Shown: positions 40,639-49,796, numbered from the stretch's first letter. The stretch is DNA of 64,000 bases from an uncultured Paraprevotella sp. (GCA_944321365.1 CALULA010000004.1:42907-106906), one strand, 5' to 3'. Made by a program: numbers and translations. The notes: a model not told the origin generated them from the sequence alone.

Positions 40639-40807
40639 AAGTGCGTTTGGCCTCACGGGCTGGTGAAAGTTGAAATCCTTTTGAAACTTCAGAATGTTAC
40701 GGCAGGTTGATATGCCGTCAGTATTGTTCCGTTGGACTAATTTTCGGTGATTTGCCCTGCTGTTCACTTTTTTATATTATCTTTGCAGGGTCAAATTACA
40801 TATCAAA

Positions 40808-41785
40808 ATGGGAAAGATTAATTGTATAGGTATTCTGACGTCTGGAGGCGATGCGCCGGGCATGAACGCGGCTATCCGTGCGGTCACGCGGGCCGGCATC
40901 GCAGCCGGATTGAAGGTGAAAGGTATTTACAGGGGGTATGAAGGATTGATTAATAATGAAATCAGAGATTTCACCACGGAGGATGTGAGCAACATCATCC
41001 AGCGGGGCGGTACGATATTGAAGACGGCCCGGAGCAAGGAGTTCATGACGCCCGAAGGCCGGAAAAAGGCTTATGACAATATGGTGGAGCAGGGGGTGGA
41101 CGCGCTGGTGGTCATCGGCGGAAACGGCTCCCTGGCGGGAGCGCGCATCTTTGCCGAAGAGTTCGACGTGCCGTGTATCGGTCTGCCGGGTACCATCGAC
41201 AATGACCTGAGCGGGACGGACTCGACCATCGGTTACGACACGACGCTGAACACCATCGTGCAATGTGTGGATAAGATACGCGATACGGCCACCTCGCACG
41301 AGCGCATTTTCTTCATCGAGGTGATGGGACGCGATGCCGGCTTCCTGGCGCAGAACAGTGCCATTGCAAGCGGGGCCGAGGCGGCTATCATTCCGGAGGA
41401 CAGCACCAATGCCGACCAGCTGGAGCAATTCATCAGCCGCGGCATCCGTAAGAGCAAAAGTTCCAGTATGGTCATCGTTTCGGAAAGTCCGAAGTGCGGT
41501 GCCATGTATTATGCAGACCGGGTGAAGACCGAATATCCGGAGTTCGACGTACGGGTGTCCATTCTCGGTCATTTGCAGCGTGGCGGATCGCCCAGTGCTT
41601 CCGACCGCATTCTGGCTTCCCGCCTTGGAGTGGGGGCCATCAATGCCTTGCGCGAAGGACAGCGCAACGTGATGATCGGCATTAGGAACGACGAGGTGGT
41701 CTACGTGCCGTTCTGCAACGCCATCAAGAGCGATAAGCCCATTAAGAAAGAACTGATCAACGTGCTGGGCATCTTGTCTATCTGA
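40808..41785 (+). CDS. pfkA: ATP-dependent 6-phosphofructokinase
   Basis: [40 protein letters not shown]; promoter at 40778-40785. Confidence 0.98.
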   Translation: MGKINCIGILTSGGDAPGMNAAIRAVTRAGIAAGLKVKGIYRGYEGLINNEIRDFTTEDVSNIIQRGGTILKTARSKEFMTPEGRKKAYDNMVEQGVDALVVIGGNGSLAGARIFAEEFDVPCIGLPGTIDNDLSGTDSTIGYDTTLNTIVQCVDKIRDTATSHERIFFIEVMGRDAGFLAQNSAIASGAEAAIIPEDSTNADQLEQFISRGIRKSKSSSMVIVSESPKCGAMYYADRVKTEYPEFDVRVSILGHLQRGGSPSASDRILASRLGVGAINALREGQRNVMIGIRNDEVVYVPFCNAIKSDKPIKKELINVLGILSI

Positions 41786-41810
41786 TGCCCTGACAGCGGG
41801 AATATACAGG

Positions 41811-41856
41811 CATAAAGGCCGGAGGTGCGCATGGCGCTTCCGGCCTTTATGTTTTC
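41811..41856 (+). terminator. Terminator after pfkA
   Basis: CATAAAGGCCGGA...TCCGGCCTTTATG plus T tail. Confidence 0.8.
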
Positions 41857-42055
41857 AGTTTCCGTGTGGACCGGCTGCCGTGTCGTCCGGACGGGATGTG
41901 CAGCCGGGCCATGCGGGCAGACAGATGCCGCCCCGTCGGCGCGTGTCCGGCGGGGCGGTGGTTTTCGGTTCTGCAGGAGTGACTTTTAATAACCTAAAAC
42001 AATTGACACAGTTTGCAGCCCGGTCTTTCCTGTCCGGCTAGTGGACTGTGGTTTC

Positions 42056-42238
42056 TTACCACAAGTCCCAGCCGTTGTTGCGGTTGGCGTCGGCCGCATC
42101 GATGCCGAAATCGGAGGCATCTCCGCCGAAGTCTATACCCAGATCGTCCGACTTGATGCCGGAAACGGCCTGCATCAGCACCTCGCCCTGCAACTCTGTC
42201 TGCTCCACGGCGGGAGCCACATATATTTTCTTTTCCAT
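42056..42238 (-). CDS. 60-aa YxxP-motif micropeptide (KKIYVAPAVE...VSG...NGWDLW)
   Basis: A-rich initiation region 48 bp after the large gene; pattern matches small peptides I recall following T9SS cargo genes in Prevotellaceae. Confidence 0.8.
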   Translation of the reverse strand: MEKKIYVAPAVEQTELQGEVLMQAVSGIKSDDLGIDFGGDASDFGIDAADANRNNGWDLW

Positions 42239-42286
42239 GTTTGTCTTTTATTATCGAATGGTTATATAATCTGTCTTAAAACGTTC

Positions 42287-45200
42287 TCACTTGGTCATCT
42301 TCTGGCCGTCCACGATGTAGATGCCGCGCTGCAGGCCGTCCAGTGCCTCGGCTTTCTTCACGCCGCTCTTCACCTTCACGCCGCTCAGGGTGTAGACGTC
42401 TACGGCTTTTGCGGAATCAGCTGCGCTCTCGCCCAGAACATCCTCAATGGCGGTCACTTCACCGTCGATGTCGATGAGCAGGCGGTTCACCTGTGATGCC
42501 TCATTTCCGCCCTCGACAGTGATATAGGCGCGGAAGCCGTTCAGGGTAACGTTGGCTTCTGCATCTGCCACGTAGAATACGTTGTCGCTGATGAAGTATG
42601 CGCCCTGCGGCACGGTGGTGGCGGAATAGTTACCAGTGATGTATACTTGTCCTACCGCATCGGCATAACCGATGGCCTGTGCCGTCGGAGCTGCTGCCTG
42701 AACCGTCACGCCTTCAACCTTGATTTCGGAAACGTTGCTGTTCACCTGGACGATGTACGGAACGCCTGCCTTCACACCGTCTGATACCGTTTCGGCAGTC
42801 AGAATGACGCTGTTGCCGCTGGTCGATACGCCGGAGAAGCGGCGCACTTCGCTGATGCCGTTGTCCGTGAGCTGTTCAGCCGTCATGTCGAAGGGCACGC
42901 AGAAGGTGTTCCACTTGCCGTCGGCCTTCAGGCTGCGCGTCAGGGTGACGTTGGCGTAGGTGTCGGCAGTCACACTGTAAGCCTGTGTCTCGTTCAAGGT
43001 CAGGTCTACGGCTACGGGAGCCAGTTTGTAGAGTTTCATGTCGTTACAGCCGACCCAGTTGGCATCGTTTCCTTCTTCTGTCTTTATGCCCAGCTGAACG
43101 CTTTCACCCTCATTTGAAGTTACAAGGAAAGCCACCTTATATACATTGTCCAATGTCCGTCCATCGGCGATGGCCTCACCCTTGATGTCACCGGCATATA
43201 TGGAAGCGGCCAATTTGTTTCTGTCGCCGATGTTTGCTCTTGTGCCGAAAGCTTTCAGTGTCATTTCGTAAGATCCTGCCGGGATTTGTACGGTCTGGTA
43301 CAGAACCCACGTGCCAGCTGCGAATTCTGAGTTCTGATAACTTTCATAGAACTGGCTCGGATCCCCGTTGTTGGCGAAATTGTTGCTCCAAGAATTGGTG
43401 CAAGACACCCAACCGAAAGAGGAAACCGTAGCTTTGGGTAGGTCTGTCACGTCCGGAGTGTTTAGCAGGAACGTCATGTCGAACTGCTGGTCACCGGTCG
43501 GGGTGGCTATTCGGGCGTAGGTCTGACGGGCAGTTTCCAGTGTGTTGTAGCACTCTTGCAAGGCTTCCACTGTAGTCAGGGCTTCGTAGCCTTCAGCCGC
43601 ACTGATGGCATCGCTGAGGGCGGTTCTGGCCGTTTCGTCAGCTACTCTGGAGTTGTCCACATAAGCCTGGCATTCCTGCAACAGGGCGGGCAGGGAAGTC
43701 TGGAGTTCGAATGCGGGAGCACATACGGCCATAGCCTCGTTGAGTGCGTTGTATGCCGTGTAATATTCAGCCGTAGTGGTCACCGGTTTTGCCAAAGCCT
43801 CATTCAGCTGAGTGGCAAAAGTCCCGGTCAGTTCGTCCTTGATGGCGTCGGCTTCAGCCTTCAGTGCGTCATACAGTGCTTTGATTTCGGTTGCGCCGTC
43901 GTTGACATAGGTCAGGCGGAAGTTGTCAAATTTGAGCGTTTCTGCGTCTTTTATCCATTCCACACCCATGGTAATCTGTCCGTCGATGACCAATACGTTG
44001 CCTACACTGCTTCTTTGGGCTTCCTTGTTCGCTGCCCATGACGCCAGAATGTCTGCGTCATCCATGGCACCGGTCCACTTGAACAGATAGGTCTGTTTCT
44101 GATAAGAACTTTCCAAGAACACCTGATTGCGGTCGCTTTGCGCGAAGCCAATCTGCACTGACATGGAGTATACACCGTTGGGCACTGCCATGGTCTGTGC
44201 CACGCGCCAGTTCCTTCCACCTTTTCTTACCATGTGTTCCGTCCCGTCTTCATTGGCATAGATGTCGGCGTCGGACAAACCGGTCCAGCCGTTAATCGGC
44301 GTTTCATCCTCAAATCCCGGATTCACTACCAATAATGTTGTGACGTCAAAGTTTGTCACACCCTCGTTCATGCCCGTGTTTGCGGCATAGTAGGTTTTGT
44401 ATGCGGCGGTCAGGATTTCGGCCTGTGCGGTCCATACCGTCTCATCGTCAGAAGCCAGGGCTGTGGCTGTCGCTGTGCTGATGGCACTCTGCAGAGTGGT
44501 CTTGGCGTCCTCTGCGGCTGCGAAAGCGGCCAGAACGGTTTCGGCATACTCTTTCGTGTCGAGGAACGCATCAGCGAACGGTTTCACTTTTGCTTGGGCT
44601 TCCTCTATGTTCACTTCAATCGCGTTGATGGCTGCGACGTATTCTTCTACCGTTGCGGGTGAACCGGAAGCCCCTTCGGTCAGTGCGTCCGTATAAGCCG
44701 TCGGCACTTTACCCTCCAGTTTTGTGGCTAAGGCTGTTGCTTCGGCTACTTTCGCTGTCAGGGCAATGGCATAGGCCGTCACATCGCTGCCGACAGACGT
44801 CAGCTTGACATTGGATATGGCTACCCAGTTGTTGCCGTTGTCGGCAGCAGCCTGCAGACCGATGCGCAGTGTGCCGTCGGTCACTATGCCCGTGGCGCTC
44901 ACTGTGCCCCAGACGTTGGTGGTCACTTGTGCGCGTCCGTCGTTGGCAAAGAGGTACAGGCCGTCCGCGCAGACGTCACCGCCGCCTTGGTTGCGCCCCA
45001 TGGCTACAGCCGTGATGGTGTATACACCGTTGGGCAGGTCTGTGATGTCCTGATAGATGAGGTCGGCATCCTGAGTGGCTCCGCCGGTCCAGAACTCTAT
45101 GCCTATGCCGGAGTAGTCATCGCTGTTCAGGGCTGAGTTGTTGACATTGTAGCTGGCCGAAGCGTTGGCACCGTCTTTTAACCAGCCGTCTCCCCCGGTG

Positions 45201-45406
45201 CAGTCTGCGTTGACGACTTTTGAAGCGGTGATGTCTTCCGATTGTCCGGCCGTTTCGTTTTCCTGTGATGTCGCATCATCAGGAGCGGCCCATGCGGTTG
45301 CGGTGATTCCGGTGGTTTTCTGCGTCGGAGTTGTACCCCAAGCACGCTGTACAGTCATGGTGGATGTGCCCATCAACACCGCCATGAATAGTAGTTTTGT
45401 TTTCAT
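42287..45406 (-). CDS. Large secreted protein: three CBM-like beta-sandwich repeats with helical linkers and a T9SS-type C-terminal domain
   Basis: Signal peptide; repeats YQDITDLPNGVY / AQTMAVPNGVY / YQTVQIPAGSY; WNTFCVPF domain; terminal TAIEDV...VYTLSGVKV...RGIYIVDGQK. Confidence 0.85.
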   Translation of the reverse strand: MKTKLLFMAVLMGTSTMTVQRAWGTTPTQKTTGITATAWAAPDDATSQENETAGQSEDITASKVVNADCTGGDGWLKDGANASASYNVNNSALNSDDYSGIGIEFWTGGATQDADLIYQDITDLPNGVYTITAVAMGRNQGGGDVCADGLYLFANDGRAQVTTNVWGTVSATGIVTDGTLRIGLQAAADNGNNWVAISNVKLTSVGSDVTAYAIALTAKVAEATALATKLEGKVPTAYTDALTEGASGSPATVEEYVAAINAIEVNIEEAQAKVKPFADAFLDTKEYAETVLAAFAAAEDAKTTLQSAISTATATALASDDETVWTAQAEILTAAYKTYYAANTGMNEGVTNFDVTTLLVVNPGFEDETPINGWTGLSDADIYANEDGTEHMVRKGGRNWRVAQTMAVPNGVYSMSVQIGFAQSDRNQVFLESSYQKQTYLFKWTGAMDDADILASWAANKEAQRSSVGNVLVIDGQITMGVEWIKDAETLKFDNFRLTYVNDGATEIKALYDALKAEADAIKDELTGTFATQLNEALAKPVTTTAEYYTAYNALNEAMAVCAPAFELQTSLPALLQECQAYVDNSRVADETARTALSDAISAAEGYEALTTVEALQECYNTLETARQTYARIATPTGDQQFDMTFLLNTPDVTDLPKATVSSFGWVSCTNSWSNNFANNGDPSQFYESYQNSEFAAGTWVLYQTVQIPAGSYEMTLKAFGTRANIGDRNKLAASIYAGDIKGEAIADGRTLDNVYKVAFLVTSNEGESVQLGIKTEEGNDANWVGCNDMKLYKLAPVAVDLTLNETQAYSVTADTYANVTLTRSLKADGKWNTFCVPFDMTAEQLTDNGISEVRRFSGVSTSGNSVILTAETVSDGVKAGVPYIVQVNSNVSEIKVEGVTVQAAAPTAQAIGYADAVGQVYITGNYSATTVPQGAYFISDNVFYVADAEANVTLNGFRAYITVEGGNEASQVNRLLIDIDGEVTAIEDVLGESAADSAKAVDVYTLSGVKVKSGVKKAEALDGLQRGIYIVDGQKMTK

Positions 45407-45553
45407 TCTTTTGGGTTTTAGAAATTAAGTTAATAATATGATTTAAACAGTCTTACTTTTCAAGTCTTGCCTGTTCGGGCGTGACGGAAGGCGTTTCATT
45501 CGGTCGTAATTTGCGCTTTTCATGCCCGCTTGTCCGGGAATACGGTTGTCCGC

Positions 45554-45765
45554 TCTCTTCGGAAGAGATACATCGAATGCACTATTGAGTGTATCTTTCG
45601 CAGCAAATATAGGATTTTCACAGAAAATATCCAACAGATTTCCGCCTTTTTTTAAAAAAAGTTTAGAAAACGGACGTCGTATGAGCAGATGTTCTCTGTT
45701 TGTTTCCTTGTAATCAACGGCTTGACGTCTGTTGTAAGGTTCGCGATGTATCTTTTCCGAAGAGA
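45554..45765. promoter_or_regulatory. Candidate invertible promoter 1 (ON toward the large T9SS-type gene)
   Basis: 22-bp inverted repeats with 21/22 identity (45554-45575, 45744-45765) enclose a minus-strand TTG-N20-TATATTTG promoter (-7 at 45604-45611). Confidence 0.7.
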
Positions 45766-45890
45766 AAGACAGACGTAAGGCATGTTGTATATCTTGATGG
45801 TTCTGTATTTGTGAGTTACTTTTCTTAGGGTTATATCACTCATTGCAGGGTGCTTCTTTGGGGAATGCTTATTCCATGGGTGTTTTTTTG

Positions 45891-45942
45891 TTGCGCAAAA
45901 CGTTCTGACGGTTTGTGCAAGCCATGCGGACATGTTGCGTCC
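45891..45942. repeat. 22-bp-period palindrome array (locus F)
   Basis: Cores at 45891 ttgcgcaa, 45913 ttgtgcaa, 45935 ttgcgtcc; extra atgcggac at 45924. Confidence 0.65.
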
Positions 45943-46128
45943 GATTGTTTCTTATGTGGGTTGTGGTGGTGGATTGTGAGAAGTACGGTGTACAGGTGTG
46001 TCTTGTTGTGGAGCTGGCCATAGTGCGGAGACAAGAAAATCGGAGGCTTGATTTTGTTTGAAAATGACCGGCAAAAAGTGGAGTGAAGTTGTAATAAGTG
46101 CTGAAAAAGAATGAGAAAAATCGTAGAA

Positions 46129-46298
46129 CTCTTAGTAAGAGATATATTTCTCTCTGCAAATATAGTGAATACGACAGTCTTTTCCAATCTTTTTGTTACA
46201 TATTTAAACAAATACGAGTGTAGGGCATCTGCTTATGTTGTTGATATACAATAGCCTGTTAAGGCTGGCCTTTGTTGCGGTATATCTCTTACTAAGAG
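46129..46298. promoter_or_regulatory. Candidate invertible promoter 2 (OFF relative to the 46328 lipoprotein gene)
   Basis: Perfect 18-bp inverted repeats (46129-46146, 46281-46298) enclose a minus-strand TTG-N20-TATATTTG promoter (-7 at 46157-46164). Confidence 0.78.
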
Positions 46299-46327
46299 AA
46301 CGCTTTCTTTCTGTGTGTTTGTAAGGT

Positions 46328-47290
46328 ATGAATCCAATGTGGTCTATGAAGAAACGAGTTGACAGTTGGCTTTGTGTCAGTATATATATAATAGGTATAG
46401 TGGGAACTGTTATGATTTCTTGTAATGGCAGTGGACGCCGTAAGGTGGAAGGCCGTCGGGCGATGTGCACTCCGTTGTTGGGCAAACAAGGGATGGATTG
46501 TCCGGTGGCGGAAGTGGCTTCTCCTGCCGGACAGGTCTCTTTGTTCCGATTTCACGAAGGGCGACTGGTCGGAGGATACAGTACCGACTATGGTGTGCTG
46601 ACTATTGATGTCAGGCCATTGGAGATGGAGGTGGAGGAGCGGACGGCGGGTTCCGTCCGTATGGCATCGGGGCATGCGGTGTATAGGCATATACGTATGA
46701 CGCAGGAGGGGTATGTTACCGCCATGAGCTTCAGGCAGCGGCATACAACCACGGCCGGGACTGGCTATGTGCGCAGCGGTTATGTCCATGCGTCGTATAC
46801 TTCGGAGGGGCAGATAAGTCGTTTGCAGTATGTGTATGACGACAGTCGCGGATTTCGTGCTAAAAACAGCATGAAGTATAGCTGGAAAGATGGCGATTTG
46901 CAGTACGTGGTGTCGGATTTCTTCCACTCGGATGATTTGTATGAAAAGCACTATATGATTTCTTTTGTCTATAGTGAGCCTGATACGCTCCTCCCCAACA
47001 GCGGCATCTACTGGGAGCAGATGATGCCGCCGTCTGGCGTGCTGCATGATTTCATGTGGTATGGCGGGATGCTGGGAAAGCCCACCGCGCATGTTCCGGT
47101 GCGGGTGCGCCGCGAGACGGTGGGCGACGGGACGCATCACAGCGAGCAGTGGGACATCCGTACAGAGCGTGATGACCATGGGCGTGTGTGCGCTGTTTAC
47201 TACGGCGACCGTCTGTACCGCAGGTATGCCTATGACCGGACGGGCTGTCCGGACAACGTGGCGGAGGATGGTCCGGGCGGTGCGGAATAA
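46328..47290 (+). CDS. Lipoprotein, DUF4595-like (paralog of 16066-17172)
   Basis: MISC lipobox; YSWKDGDL, PNSGIYW, WYGGMLGKPTAHVP; start could be at 46346. Confidence 0.72.
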   Translation: MNPMWSMKKRVDSWLCVSIYIIGIVGTVMISCNGSGRRKVEGRRAMCTPLLGKQGMDCPVAEVASPAGQVSLFRFHEGRLVGGYSTDYGVLTIDVRPLEMEVEERTAGSVRMASGHAVYRHIRMTQEGYVTAMSFRQRHTTTAGTGYVRSGYVHASYTSEGQISRLQYVYDDSRGFRAKNSMKYSWKDGDLQYVVSDFFHSDDLYEKHYMISFVYSEPDTLLPNSGIYWEQMMPPSGVLHDFMWYGGMLGKPTAHVPVRVRRETVGDGTHHSEQWDIRTERDDHGRVCAVYYGDRLYRRYAYDRTGCPDNVAEDGPGGAE

Positions 47291-47348
47291 ACCTGTTGCC
47301 CGATGGCGGAAGCATTGATTCTTTCCCCTTTTCCGCCCGGTGCACAGT

Positions 47349-47380
47349 ACCGCCGCCGGCAGAGGTCCGGCGGCGGTTTT
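47349..47380 (+). terminator. Terminator after the 46328 gene
   Basis: ACCGCCGCCGG-cagaggt-CCGGCGGCGGT followed by TTT. Confidence 0.75.
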
Positions 47381-47397
47381 CTGTGGGGCGGGACGTG

Positions 47398-47491
47398 ACA
47401 AAAGAAATGCGGGCCGCTTCCCAGCGACCCGCATTCTTTAGTTTTTTAGGTATTAGTTTTGTTTAAGGTAAAAAGATTGTTTTCAGGATAA
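47398..47491 (-). ncRNA. Candidate ~95-nt sRNA
   Basis: TTG-N20-TATCTTTG promoter (-7 at 47497-47504), AU-rich body, 13-bp GGGA-tetraloop terminator 47406-47435 with UCUUUU tail. Confidence 0.55.
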
Positions 47492-47587
47492 CGATGCAAA
47501 GATAAGCCCAATTTTATGGGCATGCAAGTAATTAATTATGCTTTATAGCATGTTTTGTATAAAACCTTGCATTTTCCTTAAATTTCC

Positions 47588-48487
47588 TTATCCGATTCCG
47601 TCTTTCTGTTCTTCCGTCAGGTGAAAACGGGTGATCTCCTGTATGGGTTCCTGCAGGATGTGTCCGATGTCGTAACCGGCTGCATATACTGCTGCAGACA
47701 GTTCGTCACGGAAGTGCCATGCGATGCTTCCCACGAAATGGATGGGAAGGTGCCCCGGAGCGTAGGGGGCTACATTTCGTTGCAAAAAGCTGTTAAAACA
47801 GTCGTACAACAGCGTATGTAGAGCAGGGTGTGTGCGGTGTTCATACACGAACGGAGCCAGTGAGGCCAGGAAGCGGTTGGCTTCCGGCTCACGGTATACC
47901 CGGCGGATGATGTCGGCTTCGCTGAGGCCGAACGTCTCGTGGAACTGCCGGCGGATCTCGTCAGGCAGAAGTCCTTTCAGGACATCAGCCACCAGCCGTT
48001 TGCCTATGGCCGTACCACTGCCTTCGTCTCCCAGAATGTAGCCCAGCGGCGGAGTCTGCTGTATGATGCTTTTGCCGTCATAGCGGCAGGAGTTGGATCC
48101 GGTGCCCAATATGCAGGCAATGCCGGGGGTGTGCCCACAGAGGGCGCGGGCCGCTCCCAACAGATCGGAGTCTGCTGATACATCAGCCAGTCCCATGGTC
48201 TGCCGGAGCAGATCTGCCATGCGCTGTCTCACGAAAGGCAGGCATCCTGCGCCATAATAAAATAAGGTAATGGCAGAGTCTTTATCCGGCAGTAAGGCTT
48301 TCAGTTGTGGACTTACCTCTGTCTGCAATATGGCAGTCAGGGTGGCATCGTCTTGCAGGGCCGGGTTCATGCCGCGACTGACAAACGTATGTTGCTGCCC
48401 TCCGGAGAGGGTCAGTTGCCAGGCGGTTTTGGTGGACCCGCCGTCGGCTACCAGCAAATGTACGAGGTTATGATGTTGCATTTTCAT
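47588..48487 (-). CDS. BadF/BcrA-family ASKHA sugar kinase (GlcNAc/MurNAc kinase-like)
   Basis: ADGGSTKT, GMNP, YYGAGC, ILGTGSNS, LGDEGSG, VGSIA. Confidence 0.85.
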   Translation of the reverse strand: MKMQHHNLVHLLVADGGSTKTAWQLTLSGGQQHTFVSRGMNPALQDDATLTAILQTEVSPQLKALLPDKDSAITLFYYGAGCLPFVRQRMADLLRQTMGLADVSADSDLLGAARALCGHTPGIACILGTGSNSCRYDGKSIIQQTPPLGYILGDEGSGTAIGKRLVADVLKGLLPDEIRRQFHETFGLSEADIIRRVYREPEANRFLASLAPFVYEHRTHPALHTLLYDCFNSFLQRNVAPYAPGHLPIHFVGSIAWHFRDELSAAVYAAGYDIGHILQEPIQEITRFHLTEEQKDGIG

Positions 48488-49796
48488 GACGGTTCTTTTT
48501 TCCGAATTCAGGATCGATTTTCAGTAAGGCCGTTACGCCCACCGTGACCAGGCAGCAAGCCATGACGATGAGGAAGAAGTTGGAGTAGCCCACGGCTTCC
48601 TGCAGCTCACCGGCGATCAGTCCGGGCAGCATCATGGACAGTGCCATGAAGGCCGTGCAGAGGGCGTAGTGCGAGGTCTGCTGCTCGCCTTGCGAGTAAT
48701 AGAGCAGGAACAGCATGTAGGCCGTGAAGCCGAAGCCATAGCCGAACTGCTCGATGAAGATCAGTACGTTGATGAGCAGGAAGTCCGTCGAGTGGAAATA
48801 GCTCAGATATACATATACCAGGTCGGGAATGGTTATGCTCCACACCATGGGCCATAGCCAGCGGCGCAGCCCGTGGCGGGCGGCGGCCACACCGCCGATG
48901 ATGCCTCCCAGTGTCAGGCCGAACACGCCTACCGTTCCTTGTACGAATCCCACTTCCTGTGTGGAAAGTCCGAGACCTCCGGCACTGGGGGGGTCCATCA
49001 GGAATACGTTAGACATTTTGATGAGCAGGGCTTCCGGCAGACGGTAGAGCAGCATGAAGAGAATGGCGGTTACCGCATGAGGCTTCTGCACGAAGGAAAG
49101 CAGGGTTAGTCCGAAGTCCTTCAGCAGTCTGCCCGGCGGTGTGTGGCGCGTGCGGTCGCAGGCAGGACGGGGCAGCTTGAAGATGTGGTAGGCCAGCGCG
49201 AGCGCGAAAAAGGCAGACAAGGCATAGAACGTCACGGACCAGGAGAACGCCACGCGGCGGGTGTAGGTCTCCAGAGCACCGGCCAGCATGATGAGTACCC
49301 CGCCGCCGGCAATGGTGGCGATGCGATAGAAAGTGCTTCTGATGCCCACATAAAGTGTCTGTTCGTGCGGATTGAGGGCCAGCATGTAGAATCCGTCGGC
49401 GGCAATGTCGTGTGTGGCACTGCAAAAAGCCATAAAGGCGAAAAACAGCAGTGTGGACCACAGAAAGTGTGTTGAGGGTATGGTGAAAGCCACACCGGCA
49501 ATGCTTGCGGCGATGAGCAGCTCCATGACCAGAATCCACCAGCGTTTGCTCTTCATGAGATCGATGAAAGGGCTCCACAGCGGTTTGATGGTCCAGGGCA
49601 GATAGAGCCAACTGGTGTAGAAGGCAATCTCTGCATTCGACAGTCCCAGCCGCTTGTACATGACGGTAGATACGGTCATGACTGTCACGTAGGGCAGTGC
49701 TTCAGCAAAGTAGAGTGTGGGTATCCATTTCCACGGATTGGTCCGAGTGGAAACGGTTGTCTGACTGTCTGCCGGATTTTGTTTCATTTCATTCAT
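48468..49796 (-). CDS. AmpG-like MFS transporter
   Basis: [31 protein letters not shown], ~12 TM helices. Confidence 0.85.
   Translation of the reverse strand: MNEMKQNPADSQTTVSTRTNPWKWIPTLYFAEALPYVTVMTVSTVMYKRLGLSNAEIAFYTSWLYLPWTIKPLWSPFIDLMKSKRWWILVMELLIAASIAGVAFTIPSTHFLWSTLLFFAFMAFCSATHDIAADGFYMLALNPHEQTLYVGIRSTFYRIATIAGGGVLIMLAGALETYTRRVAFSWSVTFYALSAFFALALAYHIFKLPRPACDRTRHTPPGRLLKDFGLTLLSFVQKPHAVTAILFMLLYRLPEALLIKMSNVFLMDPPSAGGLGLSTQEVGFVQGTVGVFGLTLGGIIGGVAAARHGLRRWLWPMVWSITIPDLVYVYLSYFHSTDFLLINVLIFIEQFGYGFGFTAYMLFLLYYSQGEQQTSHYALCTAFMALSMMLPGLIAGELQEAVGYSNFFLIVMACCLVTVGVTALLKIDPEFGKKNRHENATS

Noticed and set aside
40270-40767. 165-aa ORF upstream of rpsA
   Set aside because: Spans both divergent promoters and repeat array D; no coding signature.
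45443-46485. Small ORFs in the AT-rich gap between the surface-protein genes (possible recombinase remnant)
   Set aside because: No tyrosine-recombinase RHxxxY or serine-recombinase YxRVS motif in the listed translations.
46292-47434. 380-aa minus-strand ORF preceded by a good promoter and an A-rich leader
   Set aside because: Its ATG lies inside a terminator hairpin. The ORF is the antisense shadow of the lipoprotein gene, with His/Arg/Thr-rich composition and no recognisable domain. An sRNA explains the promoter better.
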